Part shown: piece after piece, positions 19,751-29,572 of the stretch
How positions within the stretch are numbered: position 1 is the first letter of the stretch
How the letters are laid out: every line of letters starts with the position of its first letter
Origin: Alphaproteobacteria bacterium
GTDB taxonomy: Bacteria; Pseudomonadota; Alphaproteobacteria; MPNO01
Direction of reading: 5' to 3'
DNA length: 64,000 nucleotides
Assembly: GCA_964291675.2 (NCBI GenBank)
Contig: OZ219866.1
Location: forward strand, 256,001 to 320,000
Translations under genes and position numbers: made by a program
Notes under the pieces: generated by a model
Databases searched by the model: none
Told to the model about the DNA's origin: nothing
Seen by the model: the letters and a program-made list of their open reading frames with translations, nothing else

Positions 19751-19934
19751 CTCCGGCCGTTCGGCGCGTCGAACCGGGCGGCAGTTCGGAACCGCCCTGC
19801 GTGACAATATAGTCGGCATGGGCGGGACCGCCTGCCGTTCGCCCGGGCCGGCAGGCCGCGGGACCTCGTTGTACGCCGCCGCGGGGCGCATTATGACTGT
19901 GGCCCGGCGGTGAGCGGCAGGGGAAGGGCGACGG

Positions 19935-20975
19935 ATGAAGCTCGCAACGCTGAAGGGCGGGCGCGACGGACGGCTCGCGGTGGTGAGCGACGACCTCGCG
20001 CGGGCGGCGGATGCCGGAGGCGTGGCGGCGACGATGCAGGCGGCGATCGACGACTGGGCGGCGGCGGCGCCGGCGCTCGAATCGCTGGCCGCCGCGGTCA
20101 ACGCCGGCGAGGCCGAGACCTTCCCGTTCGATCCGTCCGCCTGCGCGGCGATCCTGCCGCGCGCCTATCAGTGGGTCGACGGCAGCGCCTATCTCAGCCA
20201 TGTCGAGCTGGTCCGCAAGGCGCGCGGCGCGGAGATGCCGAAGAACCTCTACGCGGACCCGCTGATGTACCAGGGCGCCTCGGATTCGATGATCGGCCCC
20301 ACCGACGACATCGCGCTCGCCGACGAGGGCTGGGGCATCGACATGGAGGCCGAGGTCTTCGCCATCCTCGACGACGTGCCGATGGGGGTGGCGCCGGAGG
20401 ACGCGCGGAGCCACATCAAGCTGGTCGGAATCCTCAACGACGTGAGCCTGCGCAACCTGATCCCGGCCGAACTCGGCAAGGGCTTCGGCTTTCTCCAGGG
20501 CAAGCCGACGACGGCGTTCTCCCCGGTGGTGGCGACGCCCGGCTCCCTCGGCGCGGCCTGGGACGGGACCAGGATGACGCTCGACATGGAGGTCGCGCTC
20601 AACGGCGCCCCGCTCGGGCATCCGAATGCCGGCACCGACCTCTATTTCGACATCCCGACGCTGATCGCGCATGCCGCCAGGAGCCGCCGCCTCGCGGCCG
20701 GGACTATCCTCGGCACCGGCACGATCTCCAACCACGACCGCGGCGTGGGCTCGGCCTGCCTCGCCGAGGTGCGGGTCATCGAGACCATCGAGCGCGGCGC
20801 GCCGGTCACGCCGTTCATGCGCTTCGGCGACCGGGTGCGCATCGAGATGCGCGACGCCGAGGGCAACTCGGTGTTCGGGGCGATCGACCAGCGGGTGGTC
20901 AGATACGAGAACCCGGGGGCTGGCGCGACCCGTCAGGCGTTGGCGCCGAGCTCGGCCCGCATCTCCTCGACATAG
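19935..20975 (+). CDS. Fumarylacetoacetate hydrolase family protein
   Basis: MKLATLK..RDG.L.VVS, PRAYQWVDGSAY, IDMEAE, NDVSLRNL, GTGTISN. Confidence 0.92.
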   Translation: MKLATLKGGRDGRLAVVSDDLARAADAGGVAATMQAAIDDWAAAAPALESLAAAVNAGEAETFPFDPSACAAILPRAYQWVDGSAYLSHVELVRKARGAEMPKNLYADPLMYQGASDSMIGPTDDIALADEGWGIDMEAEVFAILDDVPMGVAPEDARSHIKLVGILNDVSLRNLIPAELGKGFGFLQGKPTTAFSPVVATPGSLGAAWDGTRMTLDMEVALNGAPLGHPNAGTDLYFDIPTLIAHAARSRRLAAGTILGTGTISNHDRGVGSACLAEVRVIETIERGAPVTPFMRFGDRVRIEMRDAEGNSVFGAIDQRVVRYENPGAGATRQALAPSSARISST

Positions 20976-21886
20976 GCGGCGAAGCCGGCCTCCAGCGTGT
21001 ATTCGGGCTCCCAGCCGAGAACCTCGCGCGCATGGCCGATATCCATATGGTCGGTGCGCGAGACCGGCGGGGTACCCGGAACCACCTCGATCTCCAGCCT
21101 GGGCAGCGAGGCGCGCACCGCGGCGACCAGCTCGTCGAACGCGGTCACCGCCCCGATGCCGATATTGAACACGTTGTAGCGGGAAAGCTCGCGCGTCGCG
21201 CAGAGGTCGAGCGCCCGGCCGATGTCCTTCGAATAGACGTATTCGAACGCCATGGTCTGCTCTTCCGGGATTTTGGCCGGAACCCCGCGAATGCCGCTCT
21301 CGACCAGGGTGTGGCACTTCTCGCCGCCGCCCGATCCGCCCCAGAAATGGCCCATGCCGAAGACGTTGGCGGGGCGCACGATCGCCACCTCGAAGCCGTA
21401 CTTGGCCGAATAGGCTTCGAGGATCAGCTCCTGCACCGCCTTGGTGTTGCTGTAGGCGGTGCCGCTGCCGAGCGGGAAATCCTCCCTCATGACGCCGTCG
21501 ACGGCATCCCGCCGCCAGTCATAGGCGCCGAAGGTCGAGATGTTGAGCAGCCGCCTGACGCCGGCCAGCCGCACCGCCTCGCAGACCGCGATCGCGCCGT
21601 TGACGTTGAGGTCCATGCCGAGATGGAGCGGGTCTTCGGCGCGCTTGCCGATCAGCCCGGCGGTGTGCAGGACGGTGTCGGGCTCGTGTTCCTCGATCGC
21701 CGCCAGCACGCCGGGCAGATGGCGCGTGTCCTCGGGGATCAGCGTGTAGTTGCCGGTGCCGAGGCGGCGATCGAGATAGTCCGCGCGCGGCAACGGGTCG
21801 AGGAACACCACCTTATCGCCGCGCTCCAGCGCGCAGATTGCATAGCTCGTGCCGACCAGCCCGGCTCCGGTAATCACTGTGGTCAT
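20933..21886 (-). CDS. NAD-dependent epimerase/dehydratase (extended SDR)
   Basis: ITGAGLVG, HTAG, ISTFGAY, YSNTK (YxxxK), RPANVFG. Confidence 0.88.
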   Translation of the reverse strand: MTTVITGAGLVGTSYAICALERGDKVVFLDPLPRADYLDRRLGTGNYTLIPEDTRHLPGVLAAIEEHEPDTVLHTAGLIGKRAEDPLHLGMDLNVNGAIAVCEAVRLAGVRRLLNISTFGAYDWRRDAVDGVMREDFPLGSGTAYSNTKAVQELILEAYSAKYGFEVAIVRPANVFGMGHFWGGSGGGEKCHTLVESGIRGVPAKIPEEQTMAFEYVYSKDIGRALDLCATRELSRYNVFNIGIGAVTAFDELVAAVRASLPRLEIEVVPGTPPVSRTDHMDIGHAREVLGWEPEYTLEAGFAAYVEEMRAELGANA

Positions 21887-22016
21887 CGTCTCTCCCCTCC
21901 AGGTCGCGGGGCGGCCGGGCCGGCCGGCGCCGTCGAACCGCGTCCCGCGAGCTTAACCACGCACCCCCTTCTGCGCCAACCGGCGGGTCCGGCTCGACCC
22001 GACCGGACGATCGAGG

Positions 22017-22164
22017 TGCGTCCTTCGATACGCGGCCTCGCCGCTACCCGGGATGAGGAATGGGTCGTGGACGGCCAGGAACCTGCCTCATCCCGGGTAG
22101 GCGCGAAGCGCCGTATCGAGGGACGCCACACCGCGACGGTTCTACCCTTGACGGATACGCCCTA
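22017..22164. repeat. Second copy of the CCTTCGATACG/GGATGAGG palindromic element
   Basis: GTCCTTCGATACGCG...CTACCCGGGATGAGG...CCTCATCCCGGGTAG GCGCGAAGCGCC GTATCGAGGGACGCCACACCG, followed by a degenerate right shell. Confidence 0.8.
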
Positions 22165-22195
22165 CGATCGCGCCGTCCCGAGCGGAGGAAGCGCG

Positions 22196-22648
22196 ATGCC
22201 CGAGCCCCAAGGAATCTACGCCGTGAGCCGCCAGATCCGCTTCGGCGATTCCGACCCCGCCGGCATCGTCTTCTATGTCGCCTTCTTCCGCATGTTCAAC
22301 GACCTGTTCGAGAGCTGGATCGCCGACCGGCTGGGCATCGACTTCGCCCGGGAGTTCTTCGACAAGGGCCGCATGTTTCCGCTGGTCCATTGCGACGTCG
22401 ATTTCAGGAAGGCGCGGCGGATGGGCGACAATCTCGACCTCGCGCTGATCCTCACCGCGATCGGCCGGTCGTCGATCCGCTACGTCATCGTCGGCTCCGA
22501 CGGGGGCGAGGAGATCCTGCGCGGCGAGTTCGTCACCTGCGTCGCGTCCAAGGAGATGGGCCGGTCGATCCCGATCCCCGACTATCTGCGCGCGCCGATG
22601 ACCGACTATCTCGAGCTGTGCCGGCGTCTCGGCCGGACCGGCGTCTGA
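22196..22648 (+). CDS. Acyl-CoA thioesterase (4-hydroxybenzoyl-CoA thioesterase-like hotdog fold)
   Basis: IRFGDSDPAGIVFY, DF.K..R.GD.L, IGRSSI; GGAGG RBS. Confidence 0.88.
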   Translation: MPEPQGIYAVSRQIRFGDSDPAGIVFYVAFFRMFNDLFESWIADRLGIDFAREFFDKGRMFPLVHCDVDFRKARRMGDNLDLALILTAIGRSSIRYVIVGSDGGEEILRGEFVTCVASKEMGRSIPIPDYLRAPMTDYLELCRRLGRTGV

Positions 22649-22759
22649 GGATCGCGGAGACCCCGGCCGCCATGCAGGCCTGCGGCGCTCTCGAAGAAGG
22701 CGGCGCGGTTGTGATAGAAGGCCGAACATCGCGAAACCTGGCTCAATGGGGAGATTGAC

Positions 22760-23809
22760 ATGAAGAGGCTACTGGCGACGGGCGCGGCGATGATGCTGAC
22801 GGCATCGGCCTACGCCCAGATGCCGACGCTCACGCACGAATACGCGCAGCCCGGCGGGGGCAGCGACGTCTCGGCCAAGAACCTGGCGGAGGTCGCCGCG
22901 GCGGAGAAGGTCGCGACGATCCAGATCCAGGGCGGCAAGACCCTGACCCGCTCGATCCAGCAGGTCGCGGAAGGCAAGACGGACATCGCGGCGATGCCCA
23001 TCGTCCTGCACTTCCTGATGTCGCGCGGTCTCGGCCCCTACAGCTCGCTCGGCCGCAAGAAGGGCGCCGAGCTCGCCGCCAATCTGCGCGCGCTGTACCC
23101 GTATCACGGCATCGCGGGCTTCTTCCTGGTCGCCTATGCGAGCACCGGCATCGACAGCTGGGACAAGATCAAGGGCAAGACCGTGTTCAACGGCCCGCCG
23201 CGCGGCGGCGCGCTCAACACGGCCCGTTCGGTCATCCGCCTGACCACCGGGCTGAACGACGGCAAGGGCTATGCCGGCAAGCAGATCGCCTGGGGCCAGG
23301 CCAACGCGATCTTCCTCGACCGCTCGGTCGAAGCCGCCGTGCGCCCCGGCACCAACCCGGCGAGCTGGATGCCGATCCTCGCGGCCGCCGGCAAGATCAA
23401 CATGGTGTCGGTGCCCAAGGCCAAGTGGGAAGGCAAGGCCTGGCAGAAGTTCCTGAGCGCGCCCGGAAACGCGCCGGCCATCTTCCCGGTCAGCGAGCTC
23501 GCCCATTACGGCGATAACGTCAACGTGATCTCCGAGGACGACATGTTCCGGTCCGTCACCGCGCCGTTCTCCGACGGCGTCCACAAGAACATGGACAAGC
23601 GGATCGCCAAGGCCCTGACGGCGGCGTTCATCAAGAGCGTCCCCAACCTTCATCGCAAGGTGCCGTTCGCCAAGGGGCTCCATTTCGGCAAGATCGACGA
23701 CAAAACGATGGCGCTCTGCAATGCCGGCACGAAGCTGCATCCGGGCGCCGTCGAGGCCTGGGAAGAGGCGGGCTACAAGGTGGACGATTGCATGAAACCG
23801 GCGTCATAG
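22760..23809 (+). CDS. TAXI-family TRAP substrate-binding protein
   Basis: Signal peptide, LRALY, GIDSWDKIKGKTVFNGP, LHPGA..AWEE.G; adjacent to a fused TRAP permease. Confidence 0.82.
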   Translation: MKRLLATGAAMMLTASAYAQMPTLTHEYAQPGGGSDVSAKNLAEVAAAEKVATIQIQGGKTLTRSIQQVAEGKTDIAAMPIVLHFLMSRGLGPYSSLGRKKGAELAANLRALYPYHGIAGFFLVAYASTGIDSWDKIKGKTVFNGPPRGGALNTARSVIRLTTGLNDGKGYAGKQIAWGQANAIFLDRSVEAAVRPGTNPASWMPILAAAGKINMVSVPKAKWEGKAWQKFLSAPGNAPAIFPVSELAHYGDNVNVISEDDMFRSVTAPFSDGVHKNMDKRIAKALTAAFIKSVPNLHRKVPFAKGLHFGKIDDKTMALCNAGTKLHPGAVEAWEEAGYKVDDCMKPAS

Positions 23810-23832
23810 GCCGACAGGCCAGGCACCGCATC

Positions 23833-23874
23833 GCGAACCGGGGCGCCGGCCCGCAAGCGCTCCGGTTCGCTTTT
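23833..23874 (+). terminator. Stem-loop plus T-tract between the SBP and permease genes
   Basis: GCGAACCGG...CCGGTTCGC followed by TTTT. Confidence 0.6.
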
Positions 23875-23885
23875 CCCGCGTAAAC

Positions 23886-26333
23886 GTGGAGCGGGACGGC
23901 GGACCTCAGGTGTCGGACACAGGCGGCAACTCCACCGGGCCTTCCGGGAGCGAACCGAAGCAGCCCTCCCCTGCCGGCATGTCGGAGGCGCCGGTCGAGG
24001 CGAACGGCGACTGGATGGGCCGGCTTGCGCTCGCGCTCGCCTTCGTCCTGGTGGTCCTGGGGATGGCCAACAACCTTCCCAACATCCCGGGGCTGCTGGA
24101 GACCGTTCGATCGATACCCGGGCTCGAAGGGCTGCCGAGGCTGAGCAAGTACAGCTCGGAGTTCTTCTTTCCGCTGATGTTCTCCCTGATGCTGACGATC
24201 GCCCTGCTGGTGTCGTCGTTCGGGCGGAAATGGCGCGCCGGGCCGAAGCCCCGGTTCTGCCTCGGAATTGCGCTCGACGTCCTGATGCTGGCCGCGGTCC
24301 TCGGGACCTCGCTGGTCTACCTGATCGAGCACGACCAGGTATGCCTGATCGACACCGTCAGCGGCGAACGCGACCGGCTGCTCGCCGAGGCCAAGGCGCG
24401 GGCGGACGAATACATCGCCATCTACGGCACCCCGCCGGTCGAGGAATACCCCGAATGCCAGGCCATCCTCGGGAACTGGATCCTGCCCTGGCTGCTGTTT
24501 GCGGTGACGATCTTCTTCGTCTACGTCGTCAGGGTGTGGGGGCTTCCGATCGTCGCGGTGGCGATCGTCATCGCGGTCTACACCCTGCTCTCGTCCGCCG
24601 CGTGGTATTTCGACTGGACCGACCATCGCTATCTGACCACGTCGATCGGCACGGTCACCGAAGGGGCGAAGAGCTACGCGGCGGGGGTGATCGGCGCGCG
24701 CAACGCCATCACGCTGGAATCCAACGGCCTCCTCGGCCAGTTCCTCAACATCACCGTCAACATCGTCTTCCCCTATGTCGTCCTCGGCGCCCTGTTCGGC
24801 GCTTCCGCCGGCGGGCGGTCGCTGATCAAGCTCGCCGTGGTCATCACGCGGAAGCTGCGCGGCGGCCCGGCGCATGCGGCGATCGTGGGCTCGGCGACCT
24901 TCGGCACGATTTCGGGCGGCCCGGTGGTCAACGTGCTCGGCACCGGCACGCTTACCATCCCGATGATGATGCGGAGCGGTTTCGCGCCGACCTTCGCGGG
25001 CGGCGTCGAGGCCGCGGCATCGAGCGGCGGCCAGTTCATGCCGCCGGTCATGGGCATCGCCGCGTTCGTGCTGTCGGCGCTGTCGACGGTGCCCTATTCC
25101 GACGTGATCGTCGCGGCCTTCCTGCCCGCGCTCGCCTATTTCCTGAGCCTGTTCCTGGTGGCCGTCTTCGAGGCCCGCCGGTCGAACCTGCAAGTCGTCG
25201 GCCAGCTTACGGAGGCGCAGAAGCTGACGCGGCAGGACCGGATCAACCTGCTGATGATCGCGGGTCCGATATTGCTCATCCTGGTGCTGCTGCTGACCAA
25301 GAAGGATGCCGTCGGCACGGGGCCGCTCGGCTGGATCCTCGGCTACAGCCCGGGCGGCGGCGAGGCCCTGCCGTGGATTCTCAAGCTGTTCCAGAACGCC
25401 GCCGGCGATCCCGACTCGGCGGGCTTCTGGGCGGTCATACTCCTGCTCGCTTTGCTGTTCCTCGACGAAGAGGTCAGGAAGGCGCCGCGCAAGATCGTCT
25501 CCGCGCTGGCGAGCGCCGGGCTGATCATCGCCGAGCTGTTCCTGCTGCTCACCGCCGTCGCGGTCATCGATGTCTGCATCAACTTCACCAACTTCACCGG
25601 GATCATGACCATCGACATCCTGAACTGGCTGAAGACGGTCTCCGCCTTCACGCTGTTCGGGCAGGAGCTCACCATCGGCGGCCCGGCCTATCTCATGCTG
25701 GCCCTGGTGACCGCGATGATCGTCACCATCCTGCTGGGCATGGGCATGCCGACGCTGCCGGCCTACGTGAACGTGATCCTGATCATCGGGCCGCTGCTGG
25801 TCGCGCTCGGGACGTCCTACTTCACCGCCCACATGTTCATCTTCTACTTCGCCGTGGCCTCGGCGATCACGCCTCCGGTCGCCATCGCCGCGTTCGCGGC
25901 ATCGACGATCTCCAAGGCCGAGCCGATGGCGACCGGGGTCCAGGCGGTCCGCGTCGGGATCGTCATGTTCACGATACCCTTCGTGTTCGCCTTCTATCCG
26001 GAGCTCCTGCTGATCGAGCAGGCGCAGCTCGCGCAGTCGGTCGACGGCTCGCTCAGCGACAGGAAGACCTACCTGCCGGGCTATGACGGGACCGTGCAAC
26101 TGGAGGCGCTGGCATGGCTGGTGCTGCGGCTGGTGGTCGCGCTCTATCTGGTGGCGAGCGCGCTCAGCCGGTTCGACGCCGCCCGCCTCGCGCCCTACGA
26201 GGTCGCGCTGCGCCTGGTTCTCGCCTTTCTCCTGCTCCTCAAGGCGCCGGTCGTCGCGGGATCGGCGCTCGCGGTCACCGCCGTCTATCTGCTGCTGCAC
26301 CACGTGGCGGCGAGACGGCGCCGGGCCGGATGA
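23886..26333 (+). CDS. TRAP fused permease (DctQM, TAXI type)
   Basis: RGGPA, FGTISG, TGTLTIPMM, EAAASSGGQFMPPVMG, LGMGMPT, ITPPVAIAAFAA; start uncertain. Confidence 0.92.
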   Translation: MERDGGPQVSDTGGNSTGPSGSEPKQPSPAGMSEAPVEANGDWMGRLALALAFVLVVLGMANNLPNIPGLLETVRSIPGLEGLPRLSKYSSEFFFPLMFSLMLTIALLVSSFGRKWRAGPKPRFCLGIALDVLMLAAVLGTSLVYLIEHDQVCLIDTVSGERDRLLAEAKARADEYIAIYGTPPVEEYPECQAILGNWILPWLLFAVTIFFVYVVRVWGLPIVAVAIVIAVYTLLSSAAWYFDWTDHRYLTTSIGTVTEGAKSYAAGVIGARNAITLESNGLLGQFLNITVNIVFPYVVLGALFGASAGGRSLIKLAVVITRKLRGGPAHAAIVGSATFGTISGGPVVNVLGTGTLTIPMMMRSGFAPTFAGGVEAAASSGGQFMPPVMGIAAFVLSALSTVPYSDVIVAAFLPALAYFLSLFLVAVFEARRSNLQVVGQLTEAQKLTRQDRINLLMIAGPILLILVLLLTKKDAVGTGPLGWILGYSPGGGEALPWILKLFQNAAGDPDSAGFWAVILLLALLFLDEEVRKAPRKIVSALASAGLIIAELFLLLTAVAVIDVCINFTNFTGIMTIDILNWLKTVSAFTLFGQELTIGGPAYLMLALVTAMIVTILLGMGMPTLPAYVNVILIIGPLLVALGTSYFTAHMFIFYFAVASAITPPVAIAAFAASTISKAEPMATGVQAVRVGIVMFTIPFVFAFYPELLLIEQAQLAQSVDGSLSDRKTYLPGYDGTVQLEALAWLVLRLVVALYLVASALSRFDAARLAPYEVALRLVLAFLLLLKAPVVAGSALAVTAVYLLLHHVAARRRRAG

Positions 26334-26389
26334 CCGCGCCGGTCCCCGCCGCTAGATTGCGCCGTCGAGACAAACCCCCGGAGACCCGG

Positions 26390-27268
26390 ATGACCGAGAT
26401 ACCGCGGCTCAACGGCGTCGTCGCGGCGCTGGAAGCCGGACAATGCGCGTTCACCACCTTCGCCACCGCCGACATCCAGAGCGCCATCGCCATGTCGGCG
26501 ACGCGCTACGACGGGATCGTGTTCGAGATGGAGCACAACCCGTGGGACATCCGCGCGCTTCGCGACTCGCTGCAATACATGCTGAACCGCGCGCAGATCG
26601 CCGCCGCGGGCTCGGTCGCGCCGGCGGTCACCCCGATGGTCCGCATCCCGCCCAACGGCGCGGAGAAGGGCCAGTGGCACGCCAAGCAGGCGCTCGATCT
26701 CGGCGTCTACGGGGTCGTGTGGCCGCATGTCAGCAGCGTGGAGGAGGCCCATAACGCGGTCGCGTCGTGCCGCTACCCGCGCCTGAAGGGCGCGCCGCTC
26801 TACGAGCCCGCCGGGGTGCGCGGCGACGGGCCGCGCCACGCGGTGCGCTACTGGGGGCTGTCGCAGCAGGACTATTACCGCAAGGCGGATGTCTGGCCGC
26901 TGGCGCCCGACGGCGAGATCCTCGTCATCCTGATGATCGAGGACACCGCCGGCATCGAGAGCCTCGCGGACATGCTCGACAACGTGCCGGGCATCGGCGC
27001 GGTGCTGATCGGCGAGGGGGATCTCAGCCAGGAGCTCGGCTTCCCGCGGCAATACGACCACCCGGAGGTGAGGGACGCGATGGCGCGCATCGTCGACACT
27101 TGCGCCTCGCGCGGCGTCGTCGTCGGCCATCCGCATGTCGATGCGGGGAATGTCGAGCGCGTCCTCGACGAGGGCTACCGGTTTCTGATGGCCGCGCCGG
27201 CCACAAGCTATGCCGGGCTGGAAAAGGGGCTCGAGCTTTCCGGCCGCGCCCGGGAAGGAAGACCATGA
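26390..27268 (+). CDS. HpcH/HpaI class II pyruvate aldolase family protein
   Basis: FEMEHNP, PMVRIP, KQALDLG, PAGVRG, MIED, IGEGDLS. Confidence 0.87.
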   Translation: MTEIPRLNGVVAALEAGQCAFTTFATADIQSAIAMSATRYDGIVFEMEHNPWDIRALRDSLQYMLNRAQIAAAGSVAPAVTPMVRIPPNGAEKGQWHAKQALDLGVYGVVWPHVSSVEEAHNAVASCRYPRLKGAPLYEPAGVRGDGPRHAVRYWGLSQQDYYRKADVWPLAPDGEILVILMIEDTAGIESLADMLDNVPGIGAVLIGEGDLSQELGFPRQYDHPEVRDAMARIVDTCASRGVVVGHPHVDAGNVERVLDEGYRFLMAAPATSYAGLEKGLELSGRAREGRP

Positions 27269-28287
27269 TCATCGACTGCCACGGCCACTACACCACCGCG
27301 CCGGCGGCGCTCAGGGAGTACCGGGCGGCGCAGGTGGAGGGGCTCAAGGACCCGGGCTACCGGCCGATGCCGGCCGATCTCGGCATCTCCGACGACGAGA
27401 TCCGCGAGAGCCTGGAAGGCGCGCAGCTCAAGCTGCAACGCGAACGGGGCACGGATTTGACGATCTTCTCGCCGAGGGCCGCCGGGATGGCGCACCAGGA
27501 CGGCGACGCGCCGGCCAACCGGTACTGGTCGGAGATCTGCAACGACATGATCCACCGGGCGGTCGCGCTGTATCCCGACAACTTCGTCGGCGTCTGCCAG
27601 CTACCGCAGGTGCCGGGCACGCCGCCGGCGAACTGCATTCCGGAGCTCGTCCGCTGCATCGACGAGCTCGGCTTCATCGGCTGCAATCTGAACCCGGACC
27701 CGACCGGCGGCTACTGGACCGACCCGCCGCTCTTCGACCGCTGGTGGTACCCGCTCTACGAGAAGCTGTGCGAGCTCGACGTGCCGGCGATGATCCACGT
27801 CTCGTCGTCCTGCAACCCGCATTTCCACTTCACCGGCGCGCATTACATCAACGGGGACACGGCCGCCTTCATGCAGCTGCTGACCTCGGACCTGTTCGCC
27901 GATTTCCCGCGCCTCAAACTCATCATCCCGCATGGCGGCGGCGCGGCACCCTTCCACTGGGGGCGCTATCGCGGTCTCGCGCAGGGCATGGGGCGGCCGC
28001 CGCTGGACGAGCTGCTGCTGGAGAACGTCTTCTTCGACACCTGCGTCTACCACCAGCCGGGGATCGACCTGCTGACCCGCGTCATCCCGGCGAAGAACAT
28101 CCTGTTCGCATCCGAGATGGTCGGCGCGGTGCGCGGCATCGATCCCGAGACCGGGTTTCCCTTCGACGATACCAAGCGCTACATCGACGCGGCCGACGGG
28201 CTGGACGCGGCGGAGAAGCGGATGATCTTCGAGGACAATGCCCGGCGCGTGTTCTCCCGGCTGAGCCGCCGCGCGAAGCAACCTTGA
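27265..28287 (+). CDS. ligJ: 4-oxalomesaconate hydratase (amidohydrolase fold)
   Basis: MIIDCHGHYTTAP, FSPRA, NLNPDP.GG.W, HVSSSCNP.FH.TGAHY, PHGGGA.P.HWGRYRG, FDTCVYHQPG, FASEMVGAVRGIDP. Confidence 0.93.
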   Translation: MIIDCHGHYTTAPAALREYRAAQVEGLKDPGYRPMPADLGISDDEIRESLEGAQLKLQRERGTDLTIFSPRAAGMAHQDGDAPANRYWSEICNDMIHRAVALYPDNFVGVCQLPQVPGTPPANCIPELVRCIDELGFIGCNLNPDPTGGYWTDPPLFDRWWYPLYEKLCELDVPAMIHVSSSCNPHFHFTGAHYINGDTAAFMQLLTSDLFADFPRLKLIIPHGGGAAPFHWGRYRGLAQGMGRPPLDELLLENVFFDTCVYHQPGIDLLTRVIPAKNILFASEMVGAVRGIDPETGFPFDDTKRYIDAADGLDAAEKRMIFEDNARRVFSRLSRRAKQP

Positions 28288-28376
28288 CTTGCAGTGTCGT
28301 TTTCAATGCAATCGACAGGGGAGTCCAAGTGGTCTAGTGTGGCAGGGAACTGTCCGCAGATGACGAAGGACGCCCC

Positions 28377-29435
28377 GTGCATTTTCGTCCTTTCGCCCCG
28401 CTCTGCCTCGTCCTGGCGGCATCGGCACAGGCCGATGCGCAGACCCTGAGGATAAAGGTCGCGGCTGCCCCGCCCGAGACGGCGACCTTCGTGGGCACCT
28501 TCAAGAGAAACGTCGTGCCCGCCATCGACAAGCGCCTCGAGGCGAGCGGCGAGGGTTTCAGTATCAGATGGACCCACGCCTATGCGGGAAAGCTGGCGAA
28601 GTCGGGCGAGGTTTTCGAAGCCGTCGCACAGGGCATCGGCGGGGCGGGGCTGATACGCAAGGACCTGGAGCCCGCCAACCTGCCGCTCGAAGCCTATGCC
28701 GTTCACATGCCCTTCGCCGACATCACGCGGGGGCAGGTCGCGGAGGTGGACGCGAAGCTGCGCAGCGAAATCTCCGAGCTCAACCGGGCCTATGAGCGCC
28801 ACAACCAGGTGTTCATCGCCAGCGGCGTCGACGACTCGGCCCACCTCTTCGCCATGTTCCCGTTGACCAGGGTCACGGATCTCAAGAACCGCAAGCTGGC
28901 ATCGCGCGGCAGCTTCGCGCAATGGCTGCGCGGCACCGGCGCGATCCCGGTCGACGCGGCGATCGACCGGTCCCGCGGCGACCTCAAGAAAGGCCTGTAC
29001 CAGGGCTATTTGACCGGGATCGTCCCGAGCTACGTCCACGAGACCTATGCGGCGGCGCGGTTTTTCACCCGGATCGATTTCGGCCCCATGCCGGCATCCG
29101 GCATCACCTTCAACGGCAACGCCTGGCAGAAGATTCCGGCCCATGCCCGGCGGATCGTCCGCGAGGAAGCCGGCAGGTGGAACCAGTACCAGACCGCGGT
29201 GGACCTGGTGAAACGGTCGCGTTTCCTCGGCATCATGAAGCGGAAGGGGGTCAGCGAATTGACGCTGTCCCGGTCCGAGCGCGGGAAATGGGCCGCGCTG
29301 ATGCCCAATATCGCCCGCGAATGGGCGGACCGCCTGGACCGACGCGGCCTTCCGGGCACCCGGTTGATGAGAGCCTATATGGACGAGCTTCGCAATCGCG
29401 GCATCCGCATCGCGCGCCACTGGGACGAGGGCTAG
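28377..29435 (+). CDS. Orphan DctP-type TRAP substrate-binding protein
   Basis: Signal peptide, W..AYAG.LAK..EVFEAV..G, P....DL...K, GA.PV; no adjacent permease. Confidence 0.75.
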   Translation: MHFRPFAPLCLVLAASAQADAQTLRIKVAAAPPETATFVGTFKRNVVPAIDKRLEASGEGFSIRWTHAYAGKLAKSGEVFEAVAQGIGGAGLIRKDLEPANLPLEAYAVHMPFADITRGQVAEVDAKLRSEISELNRAYERHNQVFIASGVDDSAHLFAMFPLTRVTDLKNRKLASRGSFAQWLRGTGAIPVDAAIDRSRGDLKKGLYQGYLTGIVPSYVHETYAAARFFTRIDFGPMPASGITFNGNAWQKIPAHARRIVREEAGRWNQYQTAVDLVKRSRFLGIMKRKGVSELTLSRSERGKWAALMPNIAREWADRLDRRGLPGTRLMRAYMDELRNRGIRIARHWDEG

Positions 29436-29572
29436 CCGCCGGGCGGTTGCCGCCGGACAACCTCGCTTTCGACGCCCGCCTCTGTCGCCGGCTCGCGATA
29501 CCGGCCCTGCCGCCGTTCGGCGTCGAGCCGATCCGGTTCGGCATCGCGACCGCCCGGGTGCGAGAAGCGGCC

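Noticed and set aside
20933-20975. Convergent 3' overlaps (FAH/epimerase; also moaB/transferase and ilvA/flavin reductase) as frameshifts
   Set aside because: All the proteins look full length, and short tail overlaps are common in GC-rich genomes.
28289-28311. TTGCA-N13-TGCAA inverted repeat upstream of the orphan dctP
   Set aside because: Single short occurrence with no identifiable cognate regulator; could be chance.
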